Origin: Spirochaetia bacterium
GTDB lineage: Bacteria > Spirochaetota > Spirochaetia > DSM-27196 > Salinispiraceae
DNA: 64,000 bases
Assembly (NCBI GenBank): GCA_038204425.1
Contig: JBBRCZ010000008.1
Coordinates: 1-64,000 of the forward strand
Direction: 5' to 3'
The notes below the pieces were generated by a model. That model saw only the letters and a program-made list of their open reading frames with translations, was not told where the DNA came from and ran no database searches. Positions 44,251-54,868 of the stretch are shown here, piece by piece (positions within the stretch are counted from its first letter, which is position 1; each line of letters begins with the position of its first letter). Both the position numbers and the translations under genes were made by a program.

Positions 44251-45957
44251 TTACTCCTCCATTAACCAGGTGCGAATGAGCTGCGCAACATCCTCGGGAT
44301 GTTCACGGGCCAAATTAACAGCCTGTTCTTGCAGTTCCAGTCGGGCGCGTTCTTCGACCGACATTTCCACCTCGGTACTTTCCTCTTCGGCGTTGCGCAA
44401 CGCTGCTTCGCGCATGGCTTGGTGCTGACGTGCCAATTCTTCTTCGCGCAAGCGACGTCTGCGTTCCATCTCGCGGGATACGAGTCTAAAGATTATGAAC
44501 ACTACCAGTATAAACGCCAATCCAAGCATAGAAAAGAGCACTACTTGTTGGACTTGCTCTGCTCGTCTGATGGCGTCGTCTTCTTCTGAATGTTCTTTGG
44601 TTCGATCAAACATCAAATTTTCTACTCTAACCAAGTCGCCTCTGACAGCATTAAAGCCAACGGCAGCTTCTACCAATTTTTGCGCGCTACCAAGTTGCTC
44701 AGAGCTTAGAGCGACATATTCGCGCTTGATACTACCGTCGGTGTTGCGTTCAAAAGTGCCGTCTGGCTTGTAAACCTTCTTCCAAGAACCATCAATCGCA
44801 ACCGCGATACTTACGCGCTTGATCTCCGGTTGGCCCGTTTCTTTGGTGATAGTCTTATTGATTTCGTAGTTGGTTCGGTTGTCGTTACGACTATACTGAC
44901 CTACCAAGCCAGAAAGATCTTTGTAGGCAGGAGGCGTTTGACCTTCTACGCCAGCTGGACCTTCTGGGTTCCAACCAGATCCCTTAAACTCTTCGTTAAA
45001 CTTTTGTTCGGAAATTGGCACGTTGAGTACAATCTCACGCTCCGAAAAAGGCGTCAGCGGATTGTCGGCCACCGTTTCTATTGGGGTAACTTCGGTTCTG
45101 TCGCTGGTGCGATTTCCCATGTCTAGCATGACTTCAGTATTTACTAGCTGGACGCGAGACTCGCCAAACATTTTTGATAGTGTTGACGTAATGGTCTTCA
45201 TGTACTTGATTTCTTCTGATCGTTTGATCTTGAGAATTCGTTGCTTGAGATCGAGGTCATCAACTGAGGCCGTATTGGCCCAATCGTTGAGCTGCATGCC
45301 GGACAAGTCGGTAATAACAATGCTGTCTTTCTTAAGTCCTGGCACTGCCAACATTATTAGCTTTTCGATACCTTCTATCTTTTTGCGGTTACCCACAATG
45401 TCACTGCCAGGTCGTGGCGACAAGATAACTGACGCCGTTACCGGGTCTTGATCGTCGGCCAAGAGTGTTTTTTCTGGAATTTGAATAACAACGTTTGAGG
45501 TGTCAACGTCGTCTAGGGCAGAGATATGTTGTTCGAGCTGACCTTCGATTGCACGTCTTAAGTTGACGTTGCGTTCAAAATCAGTAATCGTCCAGCGTTC
45601 TATGTCAAAAAGTGCCCAAGGATCGGTTCCTGCCGGAATCAAATCCTCACGAGCCAAGACTGCCTTGGCTTTTTTGGCTTCTTTTTCGTTGGTCGTCATC
45701 AAGCGGTTGTCGGCAGTTATAGTATATGCTATACCCTCAGTCTCCAAACGATTGGTGATACGCTCTCGCAGTGCTTCGTCAGTGATTGGCTTGGAAAGTA
45801 TCGGCACCAAATTGGGGCCTGCACTGATGGCAAGCGCACCTATGATGAGTACAATCACTACCCCAATAACTGCAAAAAAAGCTACTCGTTGGGGTGTCTT
45901 CATTGACCCCCAAGTCTTTTTAAGCGTTTCAACCAGCTTCTTGAAAAATTCGTTCAT
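44251..45957 (-). CDS. fliF: Flagellar MS-ring protein FliF
   Basis: Two TM segments, TDFERNVNLRRA, TASVIL, GFNAVRGD and AQLIRTWL. Start placed at MNEFF. Confidence 0.96.
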   Translation of the reverse strand: MNEFFKKLVETLKKTWGSMKTPQRVAFFAVIGVVIVLIIGALAISAGPNLVPILSKPITDEALRERITNRLETEGIAYTITADNRLMTTNEKEAKKAKAVLAREDLIPAGTDPWALFDIERWTITDFERNVNLRRAIEGQLEQHISALDDVDTSNVVIQIPEKTLLADDQDPVTASVILSPRPGSDIVGNRKKIEGIEKLIMLAVPGLKKDSIVITDLSGMQLNDWANTASVDDLDLKQRILKIKRSEEIKYMKTITSTLSKMFGESRVQLVNTEVMLDMGNRTSDRTEVTPIETVADNPLTPFSEREIVLNVPISEQKFNEEFKGSGWNPEGPAGVEGQTPPAYKDLSGLVGQYSRNDNRTNYEINKTITKETGQPEIKRVSIAVAIDGSWKKVYKPDGTFERNTDGSIKREYVALSSEQLGSAQKLVEAAVGFNAVRGDLVRVENLMFDRTKEHSEEDDAIRRAEQVQQVVLFSMLGLAFILVVFIIFRLVSREMERRRRLREEELARQHQAMREAALRNAEEESTEVEMSVEERARLELQEQAVNLAREHPEDVAQLIRTWLMEE

Positions 45958-46008
45958 AACCCCTCCCCGGATGAACAAAGCATCTCAATGCTCTTGCTTC
46001 AAACCTTA

Positions 46009-46335
46009 TCAGCGTAAAGTAGTCAGATCTTTGTAAGCCCTGATTACTCTGTCGATGACATTTTTGGTAATATTAAGTGCCAAGTTTGCTTCGGCACCTG
46101 CGATGGTAATATCATGTGGATCAACCGACTCAGGGTTGGTTATTGCTTGCTGACTCAAGGCAGCGTAATCTTGTTGTAGGCCGTTAACATCCTGTAGGCT
46201 GTCGGCAAGCAGAGAACCAAAATCCTTTTTGCCTTCGTCCAAAGGCGTTTCATTCATACCCATAACGTGACGGGAACTAGTGGTCTTCATGCGAAAGAGA
46301 TCACCACTTACTTGTTCAATTCCTAGACCTGTCAT
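46009..46335 (-). CDS. fliE: Flagellar hook-basal body protein FliE
   Basis: FGSLLADSLQDVN, VDPHDITIA and VIRAYKDL, plus synteny. Confidence 0.93.
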   Translation of the reverse strand: MTGLGIEQVSGDLFRMKTTSSRHVMGMNETPLDEGKKDFGSLLADSLQDVNGLQQDYAALSQQAITNPESVDPHDITIAGAEANLALNITKNVIDRVIRAYKDLTTLR

Positions 46336-46345
46336 AATTTATTCC

Positions 46346-46807
46346 TTATCCTCGACCAATTTCGAGAGCCTTCATGAACATTGCCTTGGCGCTGTTAACT
46401 ACTGCCACATTGGCGTCGTAACTGCGGCTTGCCGAGATCAAATCCACCATTTCTTCGACTACGCTTACGTTAGGAAACTCTACATAGCCAGCTTGTGGGC
46501 CAGATTTGATAGCATCGGGATGGGTTGGATCGTAAACCATGCGGGCTGGCTTTTGTGTATCTTCTTCTATCTTCTCTACGCGCACGCCACGTCCCTTACC
46601 GCCATCGAGGGCACCAGGAAACATGGTGCTTCTCCATGTTGGCTGGTCAGATTGCGCGCGAACCACCACGCGACTGCGCTTAAAAGGGCCACCTTCTGAT
46701 GTCCGTGTGGACTCTACGTTGGCGATGTTGTTGGCGATAACGTCTTGTCTCAAACGTTGTGCTGTCAGGCCACTGGCAGCAATATTGATTGTATTAAAAA
46801 GTCCCAT
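46346..46807 (-). CDS. flgC: Flagellar basal body rod protein FlgC
   Basis: ASGLTAQRLR..IANNIAN, YDPTHPDA and EMVDLISASRSYDAN motifs. Confidence 0.97.
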   Translation of the reverse strand: MGLFNTINIAASGLTAQRLRQDVIANNIANVESTRTSEGGPFKRSRVVVRAQSDQPTWRSTMFPGALDGGKGRGVRVEKIEEDTQKPARMVYDPTHPDAIKSGPQAGYVEFPNVSVVEEMVDLISASRSYDANVAVVNSAKAMFMKALEIGRG

Positions 46808-46812
46808 CCTGT

Positions 46813-47232
46813 TTATCCTCTCAGTACTAAGTTGACATTGTTAAAATGTCCGCTGACCGACTGAACCAACATGTTGTACGACAACTGCGCATTGACCGCA
46901 TTTGAGGTTTCTTCTTCTATATCCACGTTGTTGCCATTGTTCTTGCCTTGGACATTCCACTCAGTAACCCGACGAGGTACGACGCTCTTGTAGTCAACCG
47001 GTCTATCAAAGGGAATATGCCGTTCGTTGGTCATCAGGGTCGGAAACGCTGGCTTCTTTTCACTAGCCAAGGCTGCCGTAAGCGAAGTCTCAAAGTTGAC
47101 AACTTGACGCTTAAAATGAGGTGTGTCGGCATTGGCAATATTGTTGGCGGTAACTTCTTGTCGCATCAAGTTGACACCCATTGTTCGCCTGAGAATATCG
47201 ACAGTCTTTCCAAAACTATTGTCCAGATACAT
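46813..47232 (-). CDS. flgB: Flagellar basal body rod protein FlgB
   Basis: ANNIANADTPHFK and NGNNVDIEEE. GGAGG RBS precedes the ATG at 47232. Confidence 0.96.
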   Translation of the reverse strand: MYLDNSFGKTVDILRRTMGVNLMRQEVTANNIANADTPHFKRQVVNFETSLTAALASEKKPAFPTLMTNERHIPFDRPVDYKSVVPRRVTEWNVQGKNNGNNVDIEEETSNAVNAQLSYNMLVQSVSGHFNNVNLVLRG

Positions 47233-47289
47233 TCTACCTCCAAAAAGAGCATGGCCTGCTGGCCTTGCCAAAAAAAATACTCTCTTAGT

Positions 47290-47316
47290 ATTTCGGCACT
47301 AATCCTTATCTATTAA
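47290..47316 (-). promoter_or_regulatory. Putative sigma28 (FliA) promoter for flgB
   Basis: Minus strand TTAA-N15-GCCGAAAT, against the consensus TAAA-N15-GCCGATAA. The -35 overlaps the hslU stop codon. Confidence 0.65.
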
Positions 47317-48851
47317 AGGATATATCTACTTAGATCCTGGTCTTTTACGACGGTATCAAGCCTTTCGCGAACATAAGCTTCGCTTACGGTTACTTTTTGG
47401 CCCTGCATCTCGGAAGCATGGAACGAAACTTCTTCTAGCAAGAGCTCCATAATGGTGGATAGCCTTCTTGCGCCAATGTTCTCGGTTTTTTGATTTACTT
47501 CGGCTGCTATCGAAGCCAAGAGACGCAAAGCGGGTTCTTCAAAGACCAGTTCTACGCCTTCGGTTTTGAGCAGCTCTTGATATTGCACCGTAATAGCATT
47601 GGCGGGCTGGGTAAGAATGCGGAAGAAATCGGCCTCGCCTAGCGACTCGAGTTCTACTCTAATGGGAAAGCGACCTTGCAGTTCTGGAATTAGGTCAGAT
47701 GGTTTGGACATATGAAAAGCGCCAGCAGCGATAAAGAGAATATGACGCGTGTCAACTAAGCCGTACTTGGTATTGACTTGGCAACCTTCGACTATCGGCA
47801 GGATGTCGCGTTGCACCCCTTCGCGGCTTACGTCGGGCCCGCCACCCTTGTTGCCTCTACTGGCGATCTTGTCAATCTCATCAATAAATATAATGCCCAT
47901 TTGTTGAGCGCGTTCTCGGGCAATTTCGCCAGCTTGATCTGAGTCTACCAATTTGGCCATTTCTTCCGCTATCAAAACGTCTCGTGCTGCACCAACCTTT
48001 AGGCGCTTGCGTTTCTTCTTGTTGCCTCCCAAAAGACCCTGCAGATTGCCTAGGTTAAAGTCAAAACCCTCTATCCCGCTGCCAGAAAAGACCTCAATCG
48101 ACGCCGGATTCTGACTAGAAACTTGGATTTCAACTTCGCGGTCATCAAGCACTCCTTGCCTGAGCTTGGCGCGCATACGTTCTCGGGCCTTGGCATCAGC
48201 TTCTAGCTGGACGGGGTCAGGTTTAAGTTCTTCTGCTGGTTTGGCATCGCCACTTTGATTAGTCTCACTTGACGAAGCAGTTTTTTGCCCCATGATGGCG
48301 GCTTGCAGCTGGCCAAGGTCGATACCCAAAAAGCCTGGACCAGATGGTCCAGCGCTGCCAGAAACAAGGCCAGGCATGCCTGTACCCGCTGCCTTAGGGT
48401 TTGCTTGTTCTGTTTTGCTACCAGGCAAGAGCAGATCGAGCAAGCTTTCTTCGGCGCGGTTCTGAGCTTGCTCGCGCACTTCTTCTTGCAGCTCTTGGCG
48501 CACCATGTTGACGGCAACATGCATCAAGTCACGCACCATAGATTCCACATCGCGACCTACGTAGCCTACTTCAGTAAACTTGGTCGCTTCCACTTTAATA
48601 AAAGGAGCCCCAGAAAGCTTCGAAATACGTCGTGCAATTTCGGTTTTGCCCACACCGGTTGGTCCAATCATAATAATATTCTTTGGAGCCACTTCATCCT
48701 GTAATTCGGCCGGCAGTCGTTTGCGGCGCACGCGGTTACGCAGTGCTATGGCAACTGACTTTTTTGCCTTGTCTTGGCCAACGATGTATTTGTCCAGCTC
48801 AGCTACGATCTGGCGCGGGCTCATGCTGTCAATATCTAGGCTAATACTCAT
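47313..48851 (-). CDS. hslU: ATP-dependent protease ATPase subunit HslU
   Basis: [42 protein letters not shown] and the DLSRYIL C-terminus. Confidence 0.98.
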   Translation of the reverse strand: MSISLDIDSMSPRQIVAELDKYIVGQDKAKKSVAIALRNRVRRKRLPAELQDEVAPKNIIMIGPTGVGKTEIARRISKLSGAPFIKVEATKFTEVGYVGRDVESMVRDLMHVAVNMVRQELQEEVREQAQNRAEESLLDLLLPGSKTEQANPKAAGTGMPGLVSGSAGPSGPGFLGIDLGQLQAAIMGQKTASSSETNQSGDAKPAEELKPDPVQLEADAKARERMRAKLRQGVLDDREVEIQVSSQNPASIEVFSGSGIEGFDFNLGNLQGLLGGNKKKRKRLKVGAARDVLIAEEMAKLVDSDQAGEIARERAQQMGIIFIDEIDKIASRGNKGGGPDVSREGVQRDILPIVEGCQVNTKYGLVDTRHILFIAAGAFHMSKPSDLIPELQGRFPIRVELESLGEADFFRILTQPANAITVQYQELLKTEGVELVFEEPALRLLASIAAEVNQKTENIGARRLSTIMELLLEEVSFHASEMQGQKVTVSEAYVRERLDTVVKDQDLSRYIL

Positions 48852-49381
48852 GCCAGTTCCTCCAGAATTATGTTTTCATTAGTGTAGATACAGATTCTAC
48901 CGGCGATTTCTAGTGACTTACGGGCGATGGCGGCCGCGTCAAGACTTTCGTTCTCCAAGTAAGCCAGCGCAGCCGAGTAGGCATAGTTGCCGCCTGAGCC
49001 AATAGCGATACAACCGCTTTCTGGTTCAATTACATCACCAGTTCCAGAAATTAAGTAGGTGCGCTCCCGGTCGGTAACCAAAAGCATGGCCTCAAGTTTT
49101 TGCAGCATGCGGTCGGTGCGCCAGTCTTTGGCGAGTTCCACACTTGCGCGGGTCAGGTCGCCGCCAAATTCCTTAACTTTTGCTTCAAAGCGGTCAAATA
49201 GTGTAAAGGCGTCAGCAGTCGCGCCAGCGAAGCCAACTAGGACTTTGTCGTCATGAATCCGTCTAATTTTTCTGGCGTTGCCCTTGAGCACGGTATTGCC
49301 TAAGGTCACTTGACCGTCCGCCGCCATGGCAACCTTGCCATTTTTCCTGACTACTATAACTGTGGTACTACGAATCTTCAT
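48848..49381 (-). CDS. hslV: ATP-dependent protease peptidase subunit HslV
   Basis: RS-TTVI N-terminal Thr nucleophile, [14 protein letters not shown] and IGSGG. GGAGA RBS precedes the ATG at 49381. Confidence 0.97.
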   Translation of the reverse strand: MKIRSTTVIVVRKNGKVAMAADGQVTLGNTVLKGNARKIRRIHDDKVLVGFAGATADAFTLFDRFEAKVKEFGGDLTRASVELAKDWRTDRMLQKLEAMLLVTDRERTYLISGTGDVIEPESGCIAIGSGGNYAYSAALAYLENESLDAAAIARKSLEIAGRICIYTNENIILEELA

Positions 49382-50339
49382 GTGGTTCTCCTTGCAAACG
49401 ATGGCTTGGTACACGGGCAGTACTGCTGCGTCGCATTCCATGCGGATGGGCCTGACTATAGATCGATTTGAGTCTGCTAAGTCCCATGTGGGTATAAACT
49501 TGAGTTGTAGAAAGCGAAGAGTGTCCAAGCAGTTCTTGAACAACACGCAAATCTAGCCCGCGATCCATCAAGTGGGTCGCAAAACTGTGTCTCAGTCCGT
49601 GTGGTGAAATACGGCGACTCATGCCTGCCTTTTTTTGAAGCTGATTGAGTATAAATTGAACACCGCGGACACTCAAAGCGCCACCTATAAAATTGACAAA
49701 AAGGTAGTCGTGCTGGCGGTCGTGCTGGCGCATAATCTGCTCTCTCCAGAGCAGGTAGTCTTGCAGCGCTTGACGGGATTTTTCTCCCAAAAACACAAAG
49801 CGTTCTTTGCGTCCCTTGCCGCGCACCAAGATACGACTGCGGTCGAGTTCCAAACGAATGGTCTTAATAGCGGTGACTTCGGAAACACGGCACCCGGTAG
49901 AATACATCAGCTCAAGCAAGGCTCGGTCCCGTAAACCTTGAGCTTGCAGTTGGATAGATGCGATCAATTTTTCTACATCGTCTTCAAAGAGAAAAGTCGG
50001 TAAGTGTCTAGATACGCGCAGACTACGCACGCCGTCCATGGGAGATAAATCCAAGTAGCCCAGTTGAACAAGCCAGGTAAAATAGCCCTTTAAGGACGAA
50101 AGGTGGCGATTGACACTTTTGGGATCTAGGCCACGATTTCCAAGCCAGGCAATAAAACCACGAATATCGGTGAACGAAATGTCTACAAGTCTAAGGCTTG
50201 CGGGATTGTGGCCACTTTCGTTCTTGAGCCAGCTTTGGAAGGATGTCAAGTCGGCGCTATAGGCCTTGGTACTGGCTTGGCTCAGATTCCTGACGCTTTT
50301 GAGGTTGCGCATATAGTTGTCAATCAAAAAATCCACCAT
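49368..50339 (-). CDS. xerC: Tyrosine recombinase XerC
   Basis: [35 protein letters not shown] and [15 protein letters not shown]. Classic position upstream of hslV. Confidence 0.85.
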   Translation of the reverse strand: MVDFLIDNYMRNLKSVRNLSQASTKAYSADLTSFQSWLKNESGHNPASLRLVDISFTDIRGFIAWLGNRGLDPKSVNRHLSSLKGYFTWLVQLGYLDLSPMDGVRSLRVSRHLPTFLFEDDVEKLIASIQLQAQGLRDRALLELMYSTGCRVSEVTAIKTIRLELDRSRILVRGKGRKERFVFLGEKSRQALQDYLLWREQIMRQHDRQHDYLFVNFIGGALSVRGVQFILNQLQKKAGMSRRISPHGLRHSFATHLMDRGLDLRVVQELLGHSSLSTTQVYTHMGLSRLKSIYSQAHPHGMRRSSTARVPSHRLQGEPHEDS

Positions 50340-51192
50340 GGCTTAATAAGTCGTTTGGTCCAGCAACGATACGTGCTCCATCGTTAACCAGATTCCTAGT
50401 GCCTAATCCTCGCGAGCTAGAAAAACCCACTTGGTGTACTACGACTTCTCTCCCTTCTTCCAAACTATAGTTGGCACTAATAAGTGCACCTGATTTCTCT
50501 GGTGCCTCAATAACCACCAAAACTGGACACAAGCCGCTTATAAGGCGATTGCGTCGCGGAAACTGATAGGTTAAGGATGGCGAAGCCACCCCAAACTCAC
50601 TAATCAAAGCACCACCAGCATCTATCATTCGAGCTGCTAGTCGCGCATGCATACGTGGCTGAACTTCATCAATGCCACCTGCCAAAACCGCCATGGTATA
50701 GCCGCCACCATCCAAGGTACCGGCGTGGGCTGCGCCGTCAATTCCATATGCCAGACCAGAAATCACGCCCACCCCGCAGCTTGCGCAGTCCATTCCAAAA
50801 CGCCAGGCCGCTAATCGCCCACCTTCAGAAGGAAAGCGCGTTCCAACTACTGCAAAAAGCATCGCATCACCCGGTGGCAAATGGCCACGATGCCACAACA
50901 CAAACGGCGGATCCCAGATTCCCTTCAAGAGAGCCGGAAAATCTTCTTGCCAGAGGCCCACAATCTTGGCCGCGCCGCGCTCAAGGTAACGCAGATCCGC
51001 CTCGGCTTGTGAGCGGTAAACACGGCGATCGCGTACAACTGCCTTAAAGCGCCGGCCGGTACGTTTGCTCAAGTCATCGACAGACATCGCAAGTACATCA
51101 CTAGCCACAATACCTTCTTGCAAAAATGCCAACTTTTCTCTTCCACGCAAAAAAGTCAGACGGGACAGGTTCAAAATCTCTAGCACATCCAT
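50320..51192 (-). CDS. dprA: DNA-processing protein DprA (Smf)
   Basis: DPPFVL, AVVGTR, SGLAYGIDGAAH, FPRRNRLISGL and EAPEKSGALI motifs. Confidence 0.95.
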   Translation of the reverse strand: MDVLEILNLSRLTFLRGREKLAFLQEGIVASDVLAMSVDDLSKRTGRRFKAVVRDRRVYRSQAEADLRYLERGAAKIVGLWQEDFPALLKGIWDPPFVLWHRGHLPPGDAMLFAVVGTRFPSEGGRLAAWRFGMDCASCGVGVISGLAYGIDGAAHAGTLDGGGYTMAVLAGGIDEVQPRMHARLAARMIDAGGALISEFGVASPSLTYQFPRRNRLISGLCPVLVVIEAPEKSGALISANYSLEEGREVVVHQVGFSSSRGLGTRNLVNDGARIVAGPNDLLSHGGFFD

Positions 51193-51201
51193 AGTGCTTG
51201 A

Positions 51202-51912
51202 TTACGGTGCCAACAAGGCCTCCTGATTTTCTTTGGCTTGTTTTTTTTCGGTTTCATCGGTGCCTATGCGTAAAATTTCGCCATACCAATACAGAGCTTT
51301 GTCCCTATCTTGACTTCCTGCTGCAATACGTCCAGCAAGGAACATTGCCTTGGTATGCTTGGGTTCTTGGCTCAGTATTCGACTAATAAATGCTTGAGCT
51401 GCTTCTGGATCACCATCTTCAAAGTAGCTGATAATGGCCATGGCATAGAGCGCTTCCGTATATTTAGGCCGCAAGCTAAGCGCTCGTGCGTGATAGACTT
51501 TTGCCTTGGCCAAAAACTCGGCTTTTTTGTCCGGTAGAGATGCCGAAACCTGGCCAGCCATTAAGCCTGCCCAGTAGTAGAGCATGGCGTTCTCTTGCTC
51601 GGTTTCTATCGCTCGTTCGAAAGCGCCCATAGCCAATTGAAACATACCAAATTTTTTGTATTCCATGCCCAGGGCGGTATACAATCTTGCGACATTGCCA
51701 GCGGCATTAATGCGACTATTTATTATGTCCTGATTGCGTAAAATATCCTGCTTAATTTCTTCTATCTTTTCACTTGTTGGCGCTTGAGTGCCTTCAAAAG
51801 CAAACTCAATTGCCGCCACCTGTGTGGCATCGTAGTCCTCGCGACACGATTGCAAAAATGCGATTGACATCAGCATCAAGAGCGACAAAACCATGCTTGT
51901 GTTTCTCATCAA
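51202..51912 (-). CDS. Tetratricopeptide-repeat lipoprotein
   Basis: Lipobox FLQS-C and TPR-like helices (AMGAFERAI, AKVYHARAL, ALYWYGEIL). Confidence 0.8.
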   Translation of the reverse strand: MMRNTSMVLSLLMLMSIAFLQSCREDYDATQVAAIEFAFEGTQAPTSEKIEEIKQDILRNQDIINSRINAAGNVARLYTALGMEYKKFGMFQLAMGAFERAIETEQENAMLYYWAGLMAGQVSASLPDKKAEFLAKAKVYHARALSLRPKYTEALYAMAIISYFEDGDPEAAQAFISRILSQEPKHTKAMFLAGRIAAGSQDRDKALYWYGEILRIGTDETEKKQAKENQEALLAP

Positions 51913-52703
51913 TATTCCTGCCCTTTCTTTGAGCCAAGGCCCAAAATAGTTAAGCTCGACGATGTGCCTATGCGATCAGCACCTGTCTCAATACACTGTC
52001 TTGCGAATTCTGGCGTTCTGACACCCCCTGACGCTTTGACGCCAATCTGGTCCGCGGCAATAAACCGTAAGAGAGCGAGGTCTTCCAAACTTACCCCCGA
52101 CGGAGAAAAGCCAGTCGAGGTCTTAAGAAAACTGGCTCCGGCGTAAGCAGCCAAATAGGCCGCGGCTATTTTTTGAGCTTGATTAAGTTCGCTGGTTTCT
52201 AAAATTACCTTGACCGGCAGTTGTGAGGCAGCATCAACAACCGCCCGTATGTCCTGATAGACAGCCCAGTAGTCTTGGTCCTTGAGCAAACCTTGCGGGA
52301 GCACCATGTCAATTTCATCGGCTCCCTTGGCAAGCGAGACTCTTGTCTCCTCCACCTTGGCCTCGGTAAGCGCATAGCCATTGGGAAAGCCAACAACGGT
52401 AACCAATTTGACCGAAGTGTTTTTTAAGAGTAATGTGACTTGGCCAAGCCGATTAGTAGGTACGCAGACAGCGAACAAGCCATGTTCCACAGCTTCTGCG
52501 CACAGCTGTTCAAAATCAGCTTTGACTGCACTTGGCTTGAGCAGCGTATGCTCGATGTAGTTTGCAAGACTAGAACCAGATACTGTCCGCTGTGAACTGA
52601 CGCAAGGAAAGTGGTCTTCAAAATTAGATTTTACTTTCCTAATTGCTGACAGAACAGCTAAATGGCCTTGTTCTATGGCGTGCAGTTCGCTTGGGCTAAA
52701 CAT
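51909..52703 (-). CDS. deoC: Deoxyribose-phosphate aldolase
   Basis: IEHTLLKP, TVVGFPNG, GADEIDMV, KVILET, FLKTSTGF, VKASGGVR and RIGTS motifs. Confidence 0.96.
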   Translation of the reverse strand: MFSPSELHAIEQGHLAVLSAIRKVKSNFEDHFPCVSSQRTVSGSSLANYIEHTLLKPSAVKADFEQLCAEAVEHGLFAVCVPTNRLGQVTLLLKNTSVKLVTVVGFPNGYALTEAKVEETRVSLAKGADEIDMVLPQGLLKDQDYWAVYQDIRAVVDAASQLPVKVILETSELNQAQKIAAAYLAAYAGASFLKTSTGFSPSGVSLEDLALLRFIAADQIGVKASGGVRTPEFARQCIETGADRIGTSSSLTILGLGSKKGQEY

Positions 52704-52712
52704 AGAGTAAGC

Positions 52713-53621
52713 TCACCCGCGAGGGTGATAATCCTTGTGATAGACGCGCAAATCGTCTTTGTCCAAATGAGTGTAGACTTGCGTGGTGCTTATGTCGGAA
52801 TGTCCAAGCAGCTCTTGTACCGATCGTAGATCGGCTCCGCCTTCCAAGAGATGGGTTGCAAAACTATGTCGCAGAGTGTGAACTTTGGCACTTACTCCGG
52901 CCCGAATGGAGGCCTGACTAAAACGTTTCCACATTCCTTTTCTGGATAGTCCCTTGCCAAGTTGATTAACAAAGACCTTGTCAGTTTGGATTCGATTGCC
53001 AAGCAAGGTTGGGCGGCCAAACTCTAAATATTCATTTATCCAGAAAATGGATTCTTTTCCCATAGGAACTAACCTATCCTTGTCTCCTTTTCCACGAACT
53101 CTAACGATTTCTTCGTCCAAAAAGAGTCGATCCATACTGAGGTCGACGGCTTCAGAAATACGAAGCCCACAAGAATAGATCAGCTCAAACAAAGCACGAT
53201 CACGCAGACCCAAGGGACTGCGAATATCCATGTGTTCCAGGATACTTTCCACCTCTTCGATGCGCAGAACTTCAGGCAGCTTGACCGCCATTTTGGGAAG
53301 ATCGATACGCAAGGCAGGGTTGTCGCTGCGCAAACCCTCCAGAATCGAAAACTGAAACAAGGATCTTAGTGCGCTGATGCTCTTGGCTACCGTGCGTTGA
53401 TCCACTCCGCCTTCCTGCCTTGCGGCTAGGTAGTCAAGTACATGGACGACCGTGCATTCGGCCACATCACTCGTGTGAGAACCGAGCCAGCGCTGAAATA
53501 TCAAGACTTCGCGCCCATAGGTTTCTACGCTTGGCTTAGCCAACTGCAGTTCGACCAAGAGATAGGCCTGAAACTGCTGTAAGAGTCGAACGTCGGTCAT
53601 CTTCTCAACTAGTTCGGCCAT
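52713..53621 (-). CDS. xerD: Tyrosine recombinase XerD
   Basis: [58 protein letters not shown] and YHPRG end. The start is at 53621 or 53600. Confidence 0.9.
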   Translation of the reverse strand: MAELVEKMTDVRLLQQFQAYLLVELQLAKPSVETYGREVLIFQRWLGSHTSDVAECTVVHVLDYLAARQEGGVDQRTVAKSISALRSLFQFSILEGLRSDNPALRIDLPKMAVKLPEVLRIEEVESILEHMDIRSPLGLRDRALFELIYSCGLRISEAVDLSMDRLFLDEEIVRVRGKGDKDRLVPMGKESIFWINEYLEFGRPTLLGNRIQTDKVFVNQLGKGLSRKGMWKRFSQASIRAGVSAKVHTLRHSFATHLLEGGADLRSVQELLGHSDISTTQVYTHLDKDDLRVYHKDYHPRG

Positions 53622-54837
53622 TGGTGCCTGCGCCCTTTGTCCGCAAGAAAGTAGGTACATCGAGATTATTTTCGCCAAAAAACTGCGAAAAATCATTTCC
53701 TTCTACCGATGGCGTGGCCTGCCCACGGTTCATCAACTCGTTCCACTTTCCAAGCGGGACTGTATCGCCATCGCCTTTGATGTTAGTGCTTGTTTCTCGA
53801 CCGATGCTGGCCTCACGTTGGGCACTAGGACTGGCACTGGTGGTACGTACATTCTTAAAGCCTGTTGCAATCACGGTAACTTGCACCGAGTCGCCCATGG
53901 ATTCGTCGAGAGCAGTTCCTGCAATAATTAGTGCGTTGGGATCCGCGCTGGAACTTACAATATTGAGTATCTCTTCATATTCGGCCAACGAAAAGTCTGG
54001 TCCGCCTGTTACGTTGACCAAGATGCCTTTTGCGCCTTCTATGTTGGTGTCTTCAAGCAAGGGATTGTGGATAGCGTGAGTGGCTGCATCGACCGCACGC
54101 GTGTCACCGCTGCCAAGGCCAATACCCATCAGCGCATCACCTTGACCCTTCATGATAGTTCTCACGTCGGCAAAATCAATGTTGATCTCACCATGCTTAG
54201 TTATAAGATCAGATATTCCTTGGACACCTTGACGCAGCACGTCGTCGGCATACAAAAAGGCTTGACGCAAGGGCGTACTTTTTTGAACAATACGCAGCAA
54301 ATTTTGATTGGGGATAGTAATCAGCGTGTCAACGTGCTGGCGAAGCTTACTGATACCTTCTTCGGCCAGTTCTGCTTTGCGGCGACCTTCCAATGCAAAA
54401 GGCTTGGTAACTACCGCAACGCACAAAATACCCATTTCACGCGCTATGCTTGCAATAACTGGAGCAGCACCTGTACCCGTTCCACCACCCATACCTGCGG
54501 TAATGAAAATCATATCACTTCCTTCCATCAATCGTTTGATGGTTTCTTTATCTTCCATGGCAGCGCGCTCGCCAACCGATGGATCACCACCAGCCCCCAG
54601 TCCACCGGTAGTCTGTGTACCCAAGGGAACGCGAACGGTTGCCCGACTAACCTCTAAGGCTTGCAAGTCAGTATTCATAGCGACAAAGTGCACATCCTGG
54701 ATGGATGACTCGATCATTCGATTGACAGCATTGCTACCGCCACCACCAACTCCGATGACCTTGATTACCGTATGACTGCCAACAGCTCTGGCTAGGTGTC
54801 CAAGCTCCTCAACAATCTCAAGTTTCATAATTGACAT
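53605..54837 (-). CDS. ftsZ: Cell division protein FtsZ
   Basis: GVGGGGSNAVN, GMGGGTGTG, NIDFADV and the C-terminal LDVPTFLR. The start is at 54837 or 54828. Confidence 0.98.
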   Translation of the reverse strand: MSIMKLEIVEELGHLARAVGSHTVIKVIGVGGGGSNAVNRMIESSIQDVHFVAMNTDLQALEVSRATVRVPLGTQTTGGLGAGGDPSVGERAAMEDKETIKRLMEGSDMIFITAGMGGGTGTGAAPVIASIAREMGILCVAVVTKPFALEGRRKAELAEEGISKLRQHVDTLITIPNQNLLRIVQKSTPLRQAFLYADDVLRQGVQGISDLITKHGEINIDFADVRTIMKGQGDALMGIGLGSGDTRAVDAATHAIHNPLLEDTNIEGAKGILVNVTGGPDFSLAEYEEILNIVSSSADPNALIIAGTALDESMGDSVQVTVIATGFKNVRTTSASPSAQREASIGRETSTNIKGDGDTVPLGKWNELMNRGQATPSVEGNDFSQFFGENNLDVPTFLRTKGAGTNGRTS

Positions 54838-54839
54838 AT

Positions 54840-54856
54840 CCCCCCCCCCTTTTTTT
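54840..54856 (-). repeat. A7-G10 homopolymer at the ftsZ ribosome-binding region
   Basis: Minus strand AAAAAAAGGGGGGGGGG-AT-ATG. Confidence 0.85.
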
Positions 54857-54868
54857 GCATTGCGCCAG

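Noticed and set aside
49368..53621. Two tyrosine recombinases as evidence of a prophage or integrative element
   Set aside because: Both look like chromosomal XerC/XerD among housekeeping genes. No att repeats, tRNA or phage genes are nearby.
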